Assembly (NCBI GenBank): GCA_030390025.1
Contig: JASTWF010000339.1
Location: 310,001-374,000 of the forward strand
Length of the DNA: 64,000 bases
Direction: 5' to 3'
DNA from: Squalus acanthias
Taxonomy: Eukaryota
Position numbers and translations under genes: made by a program. Of this stretch, positions 11,481-23,839 are shown piece by piece. A model generated the notes under the pieces. That model ran no database searches. It saw only the letters and a program-made list of their open reading frames with translations, and was not told where the DNA came from. Each line of letters opens with the position of its first letter. Positions within the stretch are counted from its first letter, which is position 1.

Positions 11481-13820
11481 TGTGAGAAAGCTGGGTTTCA
11501 GTATCCTGACACATATATGGTGTTAGATTCGAATTTTTTGCAGCAAAACCAAACGGAGACGGAACTGAAGACAAAGTAAAAGTTTATTAGAAACCAGCCA
11601 GAAGGCCTTGTGCACAAAGGGAGAGAGGTTGATCTCCTCAGACCCGCACCTAACTCTCAGAGGAAAACCTACATACAAGCATTGATATACCTTTCGATAG
11701 GCAACACTCACCGGCTACAAAAGTGGGCGTACACATACAAACAGCGTCGCTACCATTGCTCCCTTATTGGTTAATGATCAGTCACTCAATGTTGGGAGCC
11801 GCCCTGAAATGTTCTGTGACATTAAACATAACACACAATTGTTATACATGGGGCCTTCATCTAGTCTCTGGGAGCGAGGTCTACCAGACTCCATCTTATC
11901 TCTCAAGGTCATACCACACTTATCTTTCCTTTCCCATGCGGTTGTACCTGACCAACACTTCGTTAATTCTCGAGAAAAGCTTATTATGGTAAACAATGTC
12001 AGCTCCAAAGGGAGATAAGGGGTCTGAGGCCAAGAGAGAAATGTCCGACTCCCTGTGAAGTTCAGTTTCCCTTATCTCTTCAGAAGGCAAATGGAATGTT
12101 GGCTTTCATTGCTAGGGGGATAGAATATAAAAATAGGGAGGTATTGCTTCAGTTGTACAAGGTATTGGTGAGACCGCACCTGGAATACTGCATACAGTTT
12201 TGGTGTCCTTACTTAAGGAAAGACATCCTTGCTCTCGAGGCAGTGCAAAAAAGGTTCACTCGGTTAATCCCGGGGATGAGGGGGTGGTCATATGAGGAGA
12301 GGTTGGGTAGATTGGGACTCTACTCATTGGAGTTCAGAAGAATGAGAGGCGATCTTATTGAAACATATAAGATTGTGAAGGGGTTGGATCGGGTGGATGC
12401 GGGGAGGATGTTCCCGATGACGGGTGAGACGAGAACTAGGGGACATAGTCTTAGAATAAGGGGCTGCTCTTTCAAAACTGAGATGAGGAGGAACTACTTC
12501 ACTCAGAGGGTGGTAGGTCCATGGAATATGCTGCCACAAAAAGCTGTAGAAGCTACAACATTAATTAAATTTAAAACAGAAATAGACAGTTTCCTAGAAG
12601 TAAAGGGCATTAAGGGTTACGGGGAGCGGGCAGGAATTTGGACATGAGTCTAGGTTCGGATCGGTCATGGCCCTGTGGGTAGTGGAGCGGGCCCAGGGAC
12701 TGTGTAGCCTGATTCTGCTCCTATTTTGTGTGTGCAATTCTGTTAGATGCAGGAGATGGTTCTGTGATAGATAGTAGATTGGCAGTTAGGATCAGATCAG
12801 CCATGATCTTATTGAATGGCGGAGCAGGCTCGAGGGGCCGATTGGCCTACTCCTGCTCCTATTTCTTATGTTCTTATGTACATCAACACTGCTTCTGTAG
12901 CACGGATAACGACATTCTGGAATGCTTGGAAATCAGTAGAATGGCACCAATAGTCTGGTTGTAAGCAGCTGTTCTTATAGTACTAGTTAAAGAAAAGGGT
13001 TAATAAATATAATGGACATCGTGCTTTGCAACTATCTAAAGGCTATATGTGTGCCTTTAATATATCTCTATAAGTGAACTAACCATCCTTTAAACATGAT
13101 TTCTAATATTACTGCCCTACAGCCTTGGTTAATATATATTTAAAGACTAGTGGATTCAGGTTTGTTTCACAGGCCTATTTTGCGATCCCACAGTCCCCCC
13201 TTTCAACCCCCGAAAAGGACTCTTGGAGCGGGGTTGAAGAATGTGCTCTCTACGCTACGTTAGTCTGATAAACTGCTGGGTTTATAGTATTGCAGAACCA
13301 CATATAGGTTTTTCCAGCTCAAATTGTGTGAATGATGAAGTTTCCCTGTAACCATCCCCCTAGTTTGTTCTATATTTCCTCCCCCCTTTAGGCCTTTGGC
13401 TATTCCAGGTAGGCCACACATTTGTTGCATATGGTTCGGTGCGAATCCTGTCGGGGTGGCCAGCCGTCGAGGCACCAGGTATGCATCAGATGAGTAGAAT
13501 TAATATTTAGGCCTTCCCCAATTCATCATACGATTGCTTCATCATTCATACACTTGATTTTTCCAACAAACGATCAAAGTCGTCCGAGATACACTTATGA
13601 GGAGCAGTGCTTGCACTAACAGTTTGAATCATTTGTTTTGCAATTCGTTTTGCCCGAATCCGTTTCCATTTCCTGCATGTCATACATAGAATGTCAGGAC
13701 AATTACTAACTGCACCACGACTAATACATGTGAAATCAGTCGGATCCATGGATGGATCTGTATATTTAGTCCCCAGTCCCAAATGTCATCCAGCCATGTG
13801 GTCACCTTGATCCCGTCGAT
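11481..13820 (-). mobile_element. Endogenous retrovirus-like 3' end: ~0.9-kb LTR (13192 to 11481, split by a CR1), PPT and short upstream internal sequence
   Basis: Minus strand GAAAGGGGGGAC then TGTGGGA at 13192; ends TCTCACA at 11481; CCAAT ~11767, TATA-like ~11688 and AATAAA 11588-11583 in correct order. Confidence 0.55.
12082..12879 (+). mobile_element. CR1 LINE 3' fragment inserted in the LTR
   Basis: 183-aa ORF2 C-terminus; nearly the same sequence as 29567-30345; (ttcttatg) tail. Confidence 0.9.
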
Positions 13821-13829
13821 GTCCTAGGG

Positions 13830-14222
13830 GGAGTGTTTGCTAGTGCTGTTGGGGAGGGTTTAAACTAAAATGGTAGGGGGTTGGGAACCTGTGCAGGGAA
13901 ACAGAGGAAAGGGAAGCCAGGATAAAAGCAAAAGACAGGAAGGAGAAAAACAAAAGTAGAAGGCAAAGAACTCAACGGTTTAAATCAAACATGGTCACAG
14001 TAAATAATAATTCATATAGGTCTAAGAGCGATAAAAAAACAAGCCTGAAGGCTTTGTGTCTTAATGCAAGGAGCATTCGGAACAAGGTGGATGAATTAGC
14101 TGCGCAAATAGAGGTAAATGAATACGATTTGATTGGGATTACAGAAACATGGCTCCAGGGTGGCCAAGGCTGGGAACTCAACATTCAATATTTAGGAAAG
14201 ATAGGCAAAAAAGAAAGGGACG
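13830..14222 (+). mobile_element. CR1 fragment (ORF1 end / APE start)
   Basis: LNARSIRNKVDEL..DLIGITETWL. Confidence 0.8.
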
Positions 14223-14225
14223 TGG

Positions 14226-14685
14226 ATCAGAACATTTCAAAGGCTGTCACATGCAGTACCTGTGGAGGAGTTGGACTAACCGGATCCAAGAAGTGTTAAA
14301 CCATGCACACAATAACTGGTTTCAAATCTGAAGCAAGAGAGTTCTTTCAAGGGTTGGTTGAAAGGAACTTCAGATGAGTATAAAGTGAGACACTGTAGTT
14401 CAGTCTATGACACCCACAAGCCATGTAGTCAAACGGAACCAGCTTGGGGTTCGATGTGGTAGAAGGTGAACTAGGTGAGAAGTGATATAATCAAGAGTAA
14501 GAAAAGCCCAAAAATGGAACAGTCGGTAACAGAACATCAATTAGTCTCCTCTGATCATGGAGAAATTAAATATTCAATACACTGTGTTTGAAACAAAGCT
14601 GTTTTATTCAATATTGACACATAATATTAATCTCCAGCCCAGGTATAGGGGTTATTAAGATCAGCAAAAACACACTCTGACTGTG
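14226..14685 (-). pseudogene. Second orphan ZNF 3' UTR/downstream segment
   Basis: Paralogous to 2898-4210, without the Penelope insert. Confidence 0.6.
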
Positions 14686-14925
14686 TACTAGAGGTGGAAG
14701 TATTACCATATTAGATAGGAGCAGACTAAGAAAGACTACGAAAAATTCAAAAATGGGTTTAGAATGCATGTACGTAAACGCACAAAGTGTGGTGAATAAG
14801 GTTGGTGAGCTACAAGCACAATTAGCCGTGCGGCAATATGATGTTGTGGCAATAACGGAAACGTGGCTTAAAAACGGTGAGGACTGGGCACTAAATATTC
14901 AAGGGTACAAGGTGTTCAGAAAGGA
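14686..14925 (+). mobile_element. CR1 APE-domain fragment
   Basis: YVNAQSVVNK..DVVAITETWL..GYKVFRKD. Confidence 0.8.
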
Positions 14926-17900
14926 TACTCTCCAACACCCTCACCCCAACTCCTCTTTCACCCCTACTCTCCAACACCCTCACCCCAACTCCTCTTTCAT
15001 CCTTACTCTCCAACCCCCTCACCCCAACTCCTCTTTCACCCCTACTCTCCAAATCCCCCTCACCCCAACTCCTCTTTCATAGATACATAGATACATAGAA
15101 GATAGGAGCAGGAGTAGGCCATCCGGCCCTTCGAGCCTGCTCCGCCATTTAATGAGATCATGGCTGATCCTCCAATTCAGTATCCCGTCCCCGCCTTCTC
15201 TCCGTAACCCTTAACCCCTTTTGCCTGTAGAAATATATCTAATTCCCTCTTAAATATATTTAATGAGCTGGCGTACACTGCCCTCTGTGGCAATGAGTTC
15301 CACAGGTTCACCACCCTCTGAGTGAAGAAATTCCCCCTCATTTCTGTCCTAAATGGTTTAGCCCTTATCCTTAAATTATGTCCTCTAGTTCTGTTCTCAC
15401 CCGCCAAGGGAAACATTCCTTCTGCATCTAGTCTGTCTAGACCTGTCAGAATTTTATACACTTCTATGAGGTCCCCTCTCAATCTTCTAAACTCCAGTGT
15501 GTACATCCCTAAACTACATAGTCTCTCCTCATAGGTCAATCCCGCCATTCCTGGTATCAGCCTGGTGAATCGCCGCTGCACCCCCTCCATGGCAAGAACA
15601 TCTTTCCTCAGATGAGGCGACCAAAACTGTACACAGTACTCGAGGTGTGGTCTCACCAGTGCCCTGTACAGCTGCAGCAAGGTATCCCTGTTCCTGTATT
15701 CCAACCCTTTTGCTATGAAGGCCAGCATACCGTTTGCCTTCTTGACCGCCTGTTGCACCTGCATGCTCGCCTTCAGTGACTGGTGTACAAGAACACCCAG
15801 GTCTCTCTGTACTTCCCCCTCTCCCAATTTATTGCCATTTAAATAATAATTTGCCCTCCCGTTCCTGCACCCAAGGTGGATAACTTCGCACTTGTCCACA
15901 TTATAGTGCATCTGCCATTTATCCGCCCAATCACCCAGTCTGTCCAAATCGCTCTGGAGCTTCCTGGTCTCCTCCTCTGAGCCCACCCCCCCTCCTAGTT
16001 TAGTGTCGTCTGCAAATTTGGAAATGCTGCATCCGACTCCCTGATCCAGGTCATTAATGTAAATTGTGAACAGCTGGGGACCCAGGACAGATCCCTGTGG
16101 TACCCCACTTGTTACTGCCTGCCATTCAGAAAATGAGCCGTTTATTCCAACTCTCTGTTTTCTATCTGACAGCCAGTTCTCTATCCACGTCAATACTTTC
16201 CCCTTTATCCCATGAGCTTCAATTTTCCCTGCTAATCTTTTATGTGGGACCTTATCGAAGGCCTTTTGGAAGTCCAGGTACACCACATCTACTGGCTCTC
16301 CCCCATCTATTTTACCAGTTACTCCCTCAAAAAATTCCAATAGATTAGTCAAGCACGATTTACCCTTTGTAAATCCATGTTGACTCTGTCCTATCCTGTC
16401 CCCATTTGCTAAGTGCTCCGCTATTTCATCCTTAATGATGGACTCCAGCATTTTGCCCACAACTGATGTAAGGCTTACAGGTCTGTAATTACCTGCTTTT
16501 TCCCTACCCCCCTTTTTGAATAGTGGGGTAACGTTAGCTACCCTCCAATCCATGGGCACTGTTCCCGAGTCTAATGAATTCTGAAAAATCATACTTAGTG
16601 CATCCGCTATCTCTAGGGCCACCTCCTTCAGCACCCTAGGATGCATGTTATCAGGCCCTGGGGATTTGTCCGCCTTCAATCCCTTTAGCTTCCTTAACAC
16701 CATATCCTTAGAGATATTGACTTGCGTCAGTTCCTCCTTTGCAAATGTCCCTATTTTTCCCGATATCCCAGGGAGGTTTTTTGTGTCTTCCTTCGTAAAG
16801 ACTGACCCAAAGTATGCATTTAGTTGGTCTGCCATTTCCTTATTTCCCGTTATATATTCCCCCGTATCTGACTGCAATGGGCCAACTTTGGTTTTCACCA
16901 GTCTTTTCCTCTTGATATACTTATAAAAGCTTTTGGAGTTAGTTTTTATATTTTCCGCCAGCTTGCTTTCGTAAGCTATTTTGCCCCTCTTGATTAAGCC
17001 CTTTGTCCTCCTTTGCTCTATCTTAAACTGTTCCCAATCTTCCGCTCTGGCGCTTTTTTTGGCTATTTTATACGCCCTATCTTTGGATTTTATGCTGTCT
17101 CTAATTTCCCCTGTTATCCACGGTTGAGTCACCTTTTTAGATTTCCTTTTATGCCAGATTGGTATAAACAATTTTTGCAATTTTGTCATTCTATCTTTAA
17201 ATGCTTGCCATTGTTTATCTACCTCCAGTCCTCCCAGGAACGTTGTCCAATCAGACCTACTCAGTTCCCGTCTAATGGCATCATAATTCCCCTTGTTTAA
17301 ATTCAGGACCTTAGTATCTGAGTCAATTTCTTCGCTCTCCATTTCGAGTGAGAAATCGATCATGTTATGATCGCTCTGACCCAAGGGTCCCCGTACAACA
17401 AGATTACTAATTAGTCCCTTCTCATTGCACAGTACCCAGTCCAATATAGCCTGTTCCCGAGTTGGTTCCTCGACATATTGATCCAGATAACCATCCCTTA
17501 AACACTCAAGGAATTCCTCCTCCTCATTATTTTTACTGATTAGGCTATTCCAATCTATATGTAAGTTAAAGTCACCTATGATGACAGCTGTGCTCTTATT
17601 GCACGCTTCTCTAATTTCCCTCGTGATGCCCTCCCCAACCTCTATTTTACTATTTGGAGGCCTATATACCACTCCTATTAATGTTTTTCGCCCCTCGCTA
17701 TTTCTTAGCTCCACCCATATAGATTCTGTATTAACTGAGTTAATATCCTTCCTTTCAATTGCATTTATCCCTTCTTTTACCAGCAATGCTACCCCTCCTC
17801 CCTTTCTTTTTTGTCGATCCTTCCTAAATACTGAATAGCCCTGTATGTTAAGCTCCCAGCCCTGCTCACCCTGCAACCATGTTTCCGTAATCCCAATTAG

Positions 17901-19345
17901 ATCATAATTATTAACCTCTATTTCCACAGCTAATTCATCTACCTTGTTCCTGATGCTTCTCGCATTAAGGTATAAAACCCTCAGGCTTTTTTTATGCTCA
18001 CATTTTTTATGAATTAGTTTGGCCCTTTGTTTTTTGTTCCTCACCCTTTTACCATTTATTTCACCCCTACTCTCCAACCCCTCTCACCCCAACTCCTCTT
18101 TCACCCCTACTCTCCAACCCCCCTCACCCCAACTCCCCAACCCCCATCACCCCAACTCCTCTTTCCTCCTACTCTCCAACCCCCCTCACCCCAACTCCTC
18201 TTTCCTCCTACTCTCCAACCCCCCTCACCCCAACTCCTCTTTCACCCCTACTCTCCAACCCCCCTCACCCCAACTCCTCTTTCACCCCTACTCTCCAACC
18301 CCCCTCACCCCAACTCCTCTTTCACCCCTACTCTCCAACCCCCCTCACCCCAACTCCTCTTTCACCCCTACTCTCCAACCCCCCTCACCCCAACTCCTCT
18401 TTCACCCCTACTCTCCAACCCCCTTCACCCCAACTCCTCTTTCACCCCTACTCTCCAACCCCCCTCACCCCAACTCCTCTTTCACCCCTACTCTCCAACC
18501 CCCCTCACCCCAACTCCTCTTTCACCCCTACTCTCCAACCCCCTCACCCCAACTCCTCTTTCACCCCTACTCTCCAACCCCCTTCACCCCAACTCCTCTT
18601 TCACCCCTACTCTCCAACCCCCCCTCACCCCAACTCCTCTTTCACCCCTACTCTCCAACCCCCCTCACCCCAACTCCTCTTTCACTCCTACTCTCCAACC
18701 CCCCTCACCCCAACTCCTCTTTCACCCCGAATCTCCAACTCCCCTCACCCCAACTCCTCTTTCACCCCTACTCTCCAACCCCCCTCACCCCAACTCCTTT
18801 TTCACCCCTACTCTCCAAACACCCCTCACCCCAACTCCTCTTTCACCCCTACTCTCCAACCCCCCTCGCCCCAACTCCTCTTTCACCCCTACTCTCCAAC
18901 CCCCCTCGCCCCAACTCCTCTTTCACCCCTACTCTCCAACCCCCCTCGCCCCAACTCCTCTTTCACCCCTACTCTCCAACCCCCCTCGCCCCAACTCCTC
19001 TTTCACCCCTACTCTCCAACCCCCCTCGCCCCAACTCCTCTTTCACCCCTACTCTCCAACCCCCCTCGCCCCAACTCCTCTTTCACCCCTACTCTCCAAC
19101 CCCCCTCGCCCCAACTCCTCTTTCACCCCTACTCTCCAACCCCCCTCGCCCCAACTCCTCTTTCACCCCTACTCTCCAACCCCCCTCACCCCAACTCCTC
19201 TTTCACCCCTACTCTCCAACCCCCTCACCCCAACTCCTCTTTCACCCCTACTCTCCAACCCCCCTCACCCCAACTCCTCTTTCACCCCTACTCTCCAACC
19301 CCCCTCACCCCAACTCCTCTTTCACCCCTACTCTCCAACCCCCTT
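14926..19345. repeat. 40-bp C-rich minisatellite in two blocks (14926-15079 and 18060-19345, ~36 units in total), split by a CR1 insertion
   Basis: Unit tcacccctactctccaacccccctcaccccaactcctctt. Confidence 0.95.
15080..18059 (-). mobile_element. Young CR1 LINE, 5'-truncated just upstream of an intact APE+RT ORF2
   Basis: Uninterrupted 966-aa frame 15177-18077 with LNARS, GDFN, SDH, YRPVSLTS, QGSVLGP, FADD; (ctatgtat)n tail; no native Met before the APE domain. Confidence 0.95.
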
Positions 19346-19629
19346 TCATCTTCCATTGATATTTGGAACCTGTCAGAATTTGAAAGATATTTACAAATGA
19401 TTTGATTGTTTCTTAGAGTTGGGATCTTTCTTCATTCTGTTGCCTTCTGATTGAAATGAAACCGACGGTTTTTACCAGTCGGGATTTGAAAGGTATTTGT
19501 AACAGATTGTAGATGTTCTTCGAGTTGGGATCTTTCTCTATTCCATCCACTCGAGGAGTTAGATAACAGACTTTCTCCTGTGAATATAGAGCTGGAGTAT
19601 TGGGTCGTGATGTGTTCACTTGTTCATCT

Positions 19630-19975
19630 TCTTGACTCTAAAAATTGAGTCTTGTGGTTTCAGACACCAGATAATCAAGCTCACAACAACAGATTGTATT
19701 TTACTGACTTTATTAACAGCATTGGAATAATACAGACAGAGTATAGTTACCCGTCCGGAGACAGGGATAATACAGTGGATTCAGAGCTCTCTTCTCCCCA
19801 GGTCTGTTATAACAAGCTGCGGCTACACTGGTGAGAGTTATACTGAACTTGTTTACTGCATTCGTGATCTGGCCCTGCTCAAAGCTGAGATATCTGTGCA
19901 TTGTTCTGACTGTCACCACAAGGCTGTGTCACTATCACACAGACACCGTTTCCATGTTTCACATCTCCATACACA
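19630..19975 (-). mobile_element. Solo LTR, same family as 47708-52629
   Basis: Minus strand TGTGTATGG...gctgttAATAAAg...tgtgagcttgattatctggt...gactc..ttagagtcaa matches the 47.7-48.1 kb/52.6 kb sequence. Confidence 0.6.
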
Positions 19976-20009
19976 GACCATCTCTTTACACATCCCCTTC
20001 CATCCTCAA

Positions 20010-20196
20010 TCAACATCAGGAAAATAGATTATCTGCTCAATACCATCGTGCTGTGTGTGGGATCTTGCTGTGCGCAAATTGGCAGCTGCATTTCCTACAT
20101 TCCAACAGTGACTACACTTCAAAAGTATTTCATTGTCTGTAAAGTGTTTGGGACGTCCTGAGGTTGTGAAAGGCGGGATAGAAATTCAAGTCTTTT
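20010..20196 (+). mobile_element. Deu-domain SINE 3' fragment
   Basis: Matches 55060-55249. Confidence 0.75.
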
Positions 20197-20558
20197 TGAT
20201 TTCATAACAGCAAAAGTTACACTGGGACAAATGTTCAGTCATTCTCTATTACACGCACTCTGGAAGGTCTGGGGAGCTGGGACTTGAGAGTAAGAGAAGG
20301 TCTGAGAACTGAAATTATCTAGACTGAAAAAGGAGAAAAGGCCCAGAAATGGAGCAGTCGGTGACAGGACACCAATTAGTCTCCTCTTATCTCAGAGACA
20401 TCAAATACTCGATTCACTGAGTGTTTGACATTTATCCCGAATATTAAACTCCAGCCCAGTTATAGGGGTTACTAACATCAGCAGAAACAAACCCCAACTG
20501 TCAGAATGAACATGGTTCAGTCCGGGATGTGATTAACATCAGAATCAAACTCCTGCTG

Positions 20559-21540
20559 TCACTTGTGAACTCGCTGGTGTGTCAGCAGGTGGGATGACTG
20601 AGTGAATCCCTTCCCACACTCAGAGCAGGTGAATGGCCTCTCCCCGGTGTGAACTCGCTGGTGTCTCAGCAGGTCGGATGACAGAGTGAATCCCTTCCCA
20701 CACACAGAGCAGGTAAACGGCCTCTCCCCAGTGTGAACTCGCTGGTGTCTCAGCAGGTCGGATGACTGAGTGAATCCCTTCCCACACACGGAGCAGGTGA
20801 ACGGTCTCTCTCCAGCGTGAACTCGCTGGTATCTCAGCAGGTTGAATGTGTGAGTGAAGCTCTTTCCACACACGGAGCAGGTGAACGGCCTCTCCCCACT
20901 GTGAGTGCATTGGTGTGTCAGCAGATCCCTTGTGCTTTTAAAGCTCTTTTCACAATCAGAACATTTAAATGGTCTCTTATCAGTGTGAACTCGCTGGTGT
21001 GTCAGCAGGTGGGATGACTGAGTGAATCCCTTCCCACACTCAGAGCAGGTGAACGGCCTTTCCCCACTGTGATTGCGATGATGAATTTCCAGCTCAGATG
21101 GGTTACCGAATCCCTTCCCACAGTCCCCACATTTCCCCGGTTTCTCCGTGGTGCAGGTGTCCTTGTGTCTCTCCAGGTTGGACGATCAGTTGAAGCCTCG
21201 TCCACACACAGAACACGTGTACGGTTTCTCCCCGCTGTGAATGGTGCGATGTTTTTTCAGGCTGTGTAACTGTTTGAAATCTTTTCCCACAGACAGAACA
21301 GACAAGCTCTTTCCACAGTCAGTGCACTGGAACACTCTCACTCGGGTGTGTGTCTCGGTGCTTTTCCAGTCATACTGATGTTTGAAATCTTTTCCCACAG
21401 ACAGAACAGACAAACATTTCTCCTTCCACATTCAACGGCCGATGATATTCAGATCCTGAGTAATCGAGTGACTCTGTCAGATCTTGATGTGATGTTTGGT
21501 TCGAGTTTCCCGTGTGTAAATCCTCCCGTTCTAATACCCT
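20559..21540 (-). pseudogene. C2H2 zinc-finger gene B; 7-finger frame 21149 to 20559 starts with ACG instead of ATG, upstream fingers disrupted
   Basis: In-frame TGA at 21188-21186, then acc-ACG-gag-aaa-ccg (21149-21147) and an open frame to TGA at 20559; one finger has H->Y; acceptor ttttacAG ~21540. Confidence 0.75.
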
Positions 21541-21813
21541 GTAAAAGGAGTTTACAAAACTCATTACTGTAAATACAGGACAGAACTATGGAACATTCTT
21601 TCCTCTATTGTTTCCCCAAAGCTGTAAATCCCCGTCCCACACACTCTCCCTCCTGTCAGTGCTGAAATCCAAACCCGTCGCACCATCTCCAACATTTTCT
21701 CCCCCACTCCCAGTTTTTTCCCTCCCTCTCTTCTGGCTGAGTTCAGTTCTGCACCCGCTGTGTGCAGAGTGAGAGTAAAATCAATGAGTCAATGATTGTC
21801 TCTCCTGATCACT

Positions 21814-22000
21814 GGGACCCTGAAGCCCCGCCCACTCTTTGTTCCTGTACCAAGATGGCCGCGCATGCGCCGCGATCCCTCCCTGACCAAGATGGCGGCC
21901 AGTGACCCCGCTCACCCGGGCGGCCGGGCCTGTCGTCAATGATAGGGCACATTCTCCACCGCCAGGAATTCTGGGGAAACATACCGCCATTGAAAGCCCC
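21814..22000 (-). promoter_or_regulatory. CpG-rich promoter of ZNF B
   Basis: GC box, NRF1-type GCGCATGCGC 21861-21870, YY1-type CAAGATGGCGG 21888-21898. Confidence 0.6.
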
Positions 22001-22174
22001 AATCGGTGAAGATAAAATCAATTTTTTGTCCACCGATTGAGATTGGGCCTTTTTCACTGCCTGTAGAGGTGACACTAAGTTGCCCCAGTTTCACCAGATG
22101 GGAACAAGTTAAGGCAAGGGCCCTAGTGCACCACAAGTATGAAACATACTGTACAATACAGCGACACAAATAAT

Positions 22175-23110
22175 AATAATATCAGAATGTGAATGTGAGG
22201 ATCGATTATCGCCTCTTTAACCAGCGGTGCCCACCAGTCTGGGAAGGTATCAAGCTTACCAGTGGACACCGCCTGCTCCCTCTCCAGGGCCACATGGGCA
22301 CGGACAAGAGAAGGAGGCAGCCAAAGCGACCGCCCCATGGGCCCCGCCTATACTGGACCTACAAATTGCTGTTTTAGACAGACCCAAGTAGCAATCCTCC
22401 AACTTACCCACACCCACCCTCCCCCACGGCCAAAGATTAGGAGTGTGGGACTAAAGACTAACCAACAGAAAGACTTGCATTTATATAGCACCTTTCACAA
22501 CCACCGGACGTCCCAAAGCGCTTTACAGCCAATGAAGTACTTTTTGAAGTTAAGCACTGTTCTAATGTAGGAAAAGCAGCAGCCAATTTGCGCACAGCAA
22601 GCTCCCACAAGCATCACTGTGATAATGAACAGATAACCTGTTTTTGTTATGTTGGTTGAGTGATAATTATTGGCCAGGACACCTCCCCTGCTCTTATTCG
22701 AAATAGTGCCGTGGGATCTTTTATTTCCACCTGAGAGTGCAGACGGGGCCTCGATTTAACATCTCATCCGAAAGACTTCACCTCTGACAGTGCAGCACTC
22801 CCTCAGCACTGCACTGAAGAGTCAGCCTAGATTGTTGTGCTCAAGTCTCCGGAGTAGGACTTGAACTGTATGGCCCAGCCCTGACAACCTGCGGTCTTAG
22901 AGGCGAGGGTGCTGCCCACTGAGCCACGGCTGACAGTCATAGTTGAGGAGCAGCCCCTTCAGGTAACTCTCCAGGGGCTGCAGCCTCTCACACTGAATAT
23001 ATACCTGGCCCATGGACTCCTCGAGACCACAAACATCACATGGGAGTGGGTGAAGGTGCTGAAAAAGCTGTTGCCCAGGATGCGCCATCTCCCGGGCACT
23101 GGGATCCGGT
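22175..23110 (-). mobile_element. Old Tx1-clade 3' remnant, interrupted by a SINE
   Basis: CDVCGLEESMGQVYIQCERLQPL..YLKGLLLN and RAHVALEREQAVSTG..WAP match the C-terminus of the ORF at 1-1837. Confidence 0.75.
22465..22937 (-). mobile_element. SacSINE1-like Deu-domain tRNA-derived SINE
   Basis: Reverse complement of 54797-55249. Confidence 0.8.
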
Positions 23111-23118
23111 TGGGAACA

Positions 23119-23510
23119 GGGACCCTGAAGCCCCGCCCACTCTCTGCTCCTGTACCAAGATGACCGCGCATGCGCCGTGATCCCACCCTGCCCAAGATGG
23201 CGGCCAGTGACCCCGCTGACCCGGGCGTCCGGGCCTGTCACCGCGGGGCAAACACGGGGCCTGTGGGCTCTTATTCGGGGCCTGAGGCCTACCCCAGATG
23301 TTGCTGGAGCTTCCCGGCCCACCCACGGGTCCAATTCCTTCCCCGGGCCCACAATCTCAGCTCGCCTCCCGAGCCGCCTAGTCGGCCGCAGTCCGTCCCC
23401 ACCACTCACACTGCGCATGCTCAGAGCACAGTCCAGTCCCGCGCCTGCGCACTGGGCTCCAGTAGTCATTGATAGAGCACGTTCGACCGCGCGGGGAATC
23501 CTGGGCTAAG
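23119..23510 (-). promoter_or_regulatory. Duplicated CpG-island promoter module
   Basis: 23119-23240 repeats 21814-21936; additional NRF1-like sites at ~23412 and ~23441 and a ZNF143-like site at ~23490. Confidence 0.55.
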
Positions 23511-23839
23511 TGGAGTTGAGCTCGAAGATCAGGCAATGATCATATCGAATGGCGGAGCAGGCTCAAGGGTCTGTATGGCCCAGCCCTGCTCCTAATCCTT
23601 ATGTTCTTATGTAACTCGCACCAAGTCCCACTCACCCAGCACTCCTGTGCTCACTGACCTACACTGGCGTTTTTCACCACTTTCCACTTTAAAAAAAGCT
23701 TGTTGCCAGCTTATTGAACCCTTTAACAGCCTCTCAAGATGGAATCACCAGAAATGAGGCCTCATAAGTTTTTCTCACAATGACAGGCCTGAACTCGAGT
23801 TAGAAAACAGTCAGAAAACATTTAGCAATTAAATATATG

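Noticed and set aside
18019..19400. 446/457-aa proline-rich ORFs
   Set aside because: Translations of a stop-free 40-bp minisatellite, not genes
19345..19625. Possible exon with repeated KDPNSK
   Set aside because: Short, stops in all extended frames, no recognisable domain
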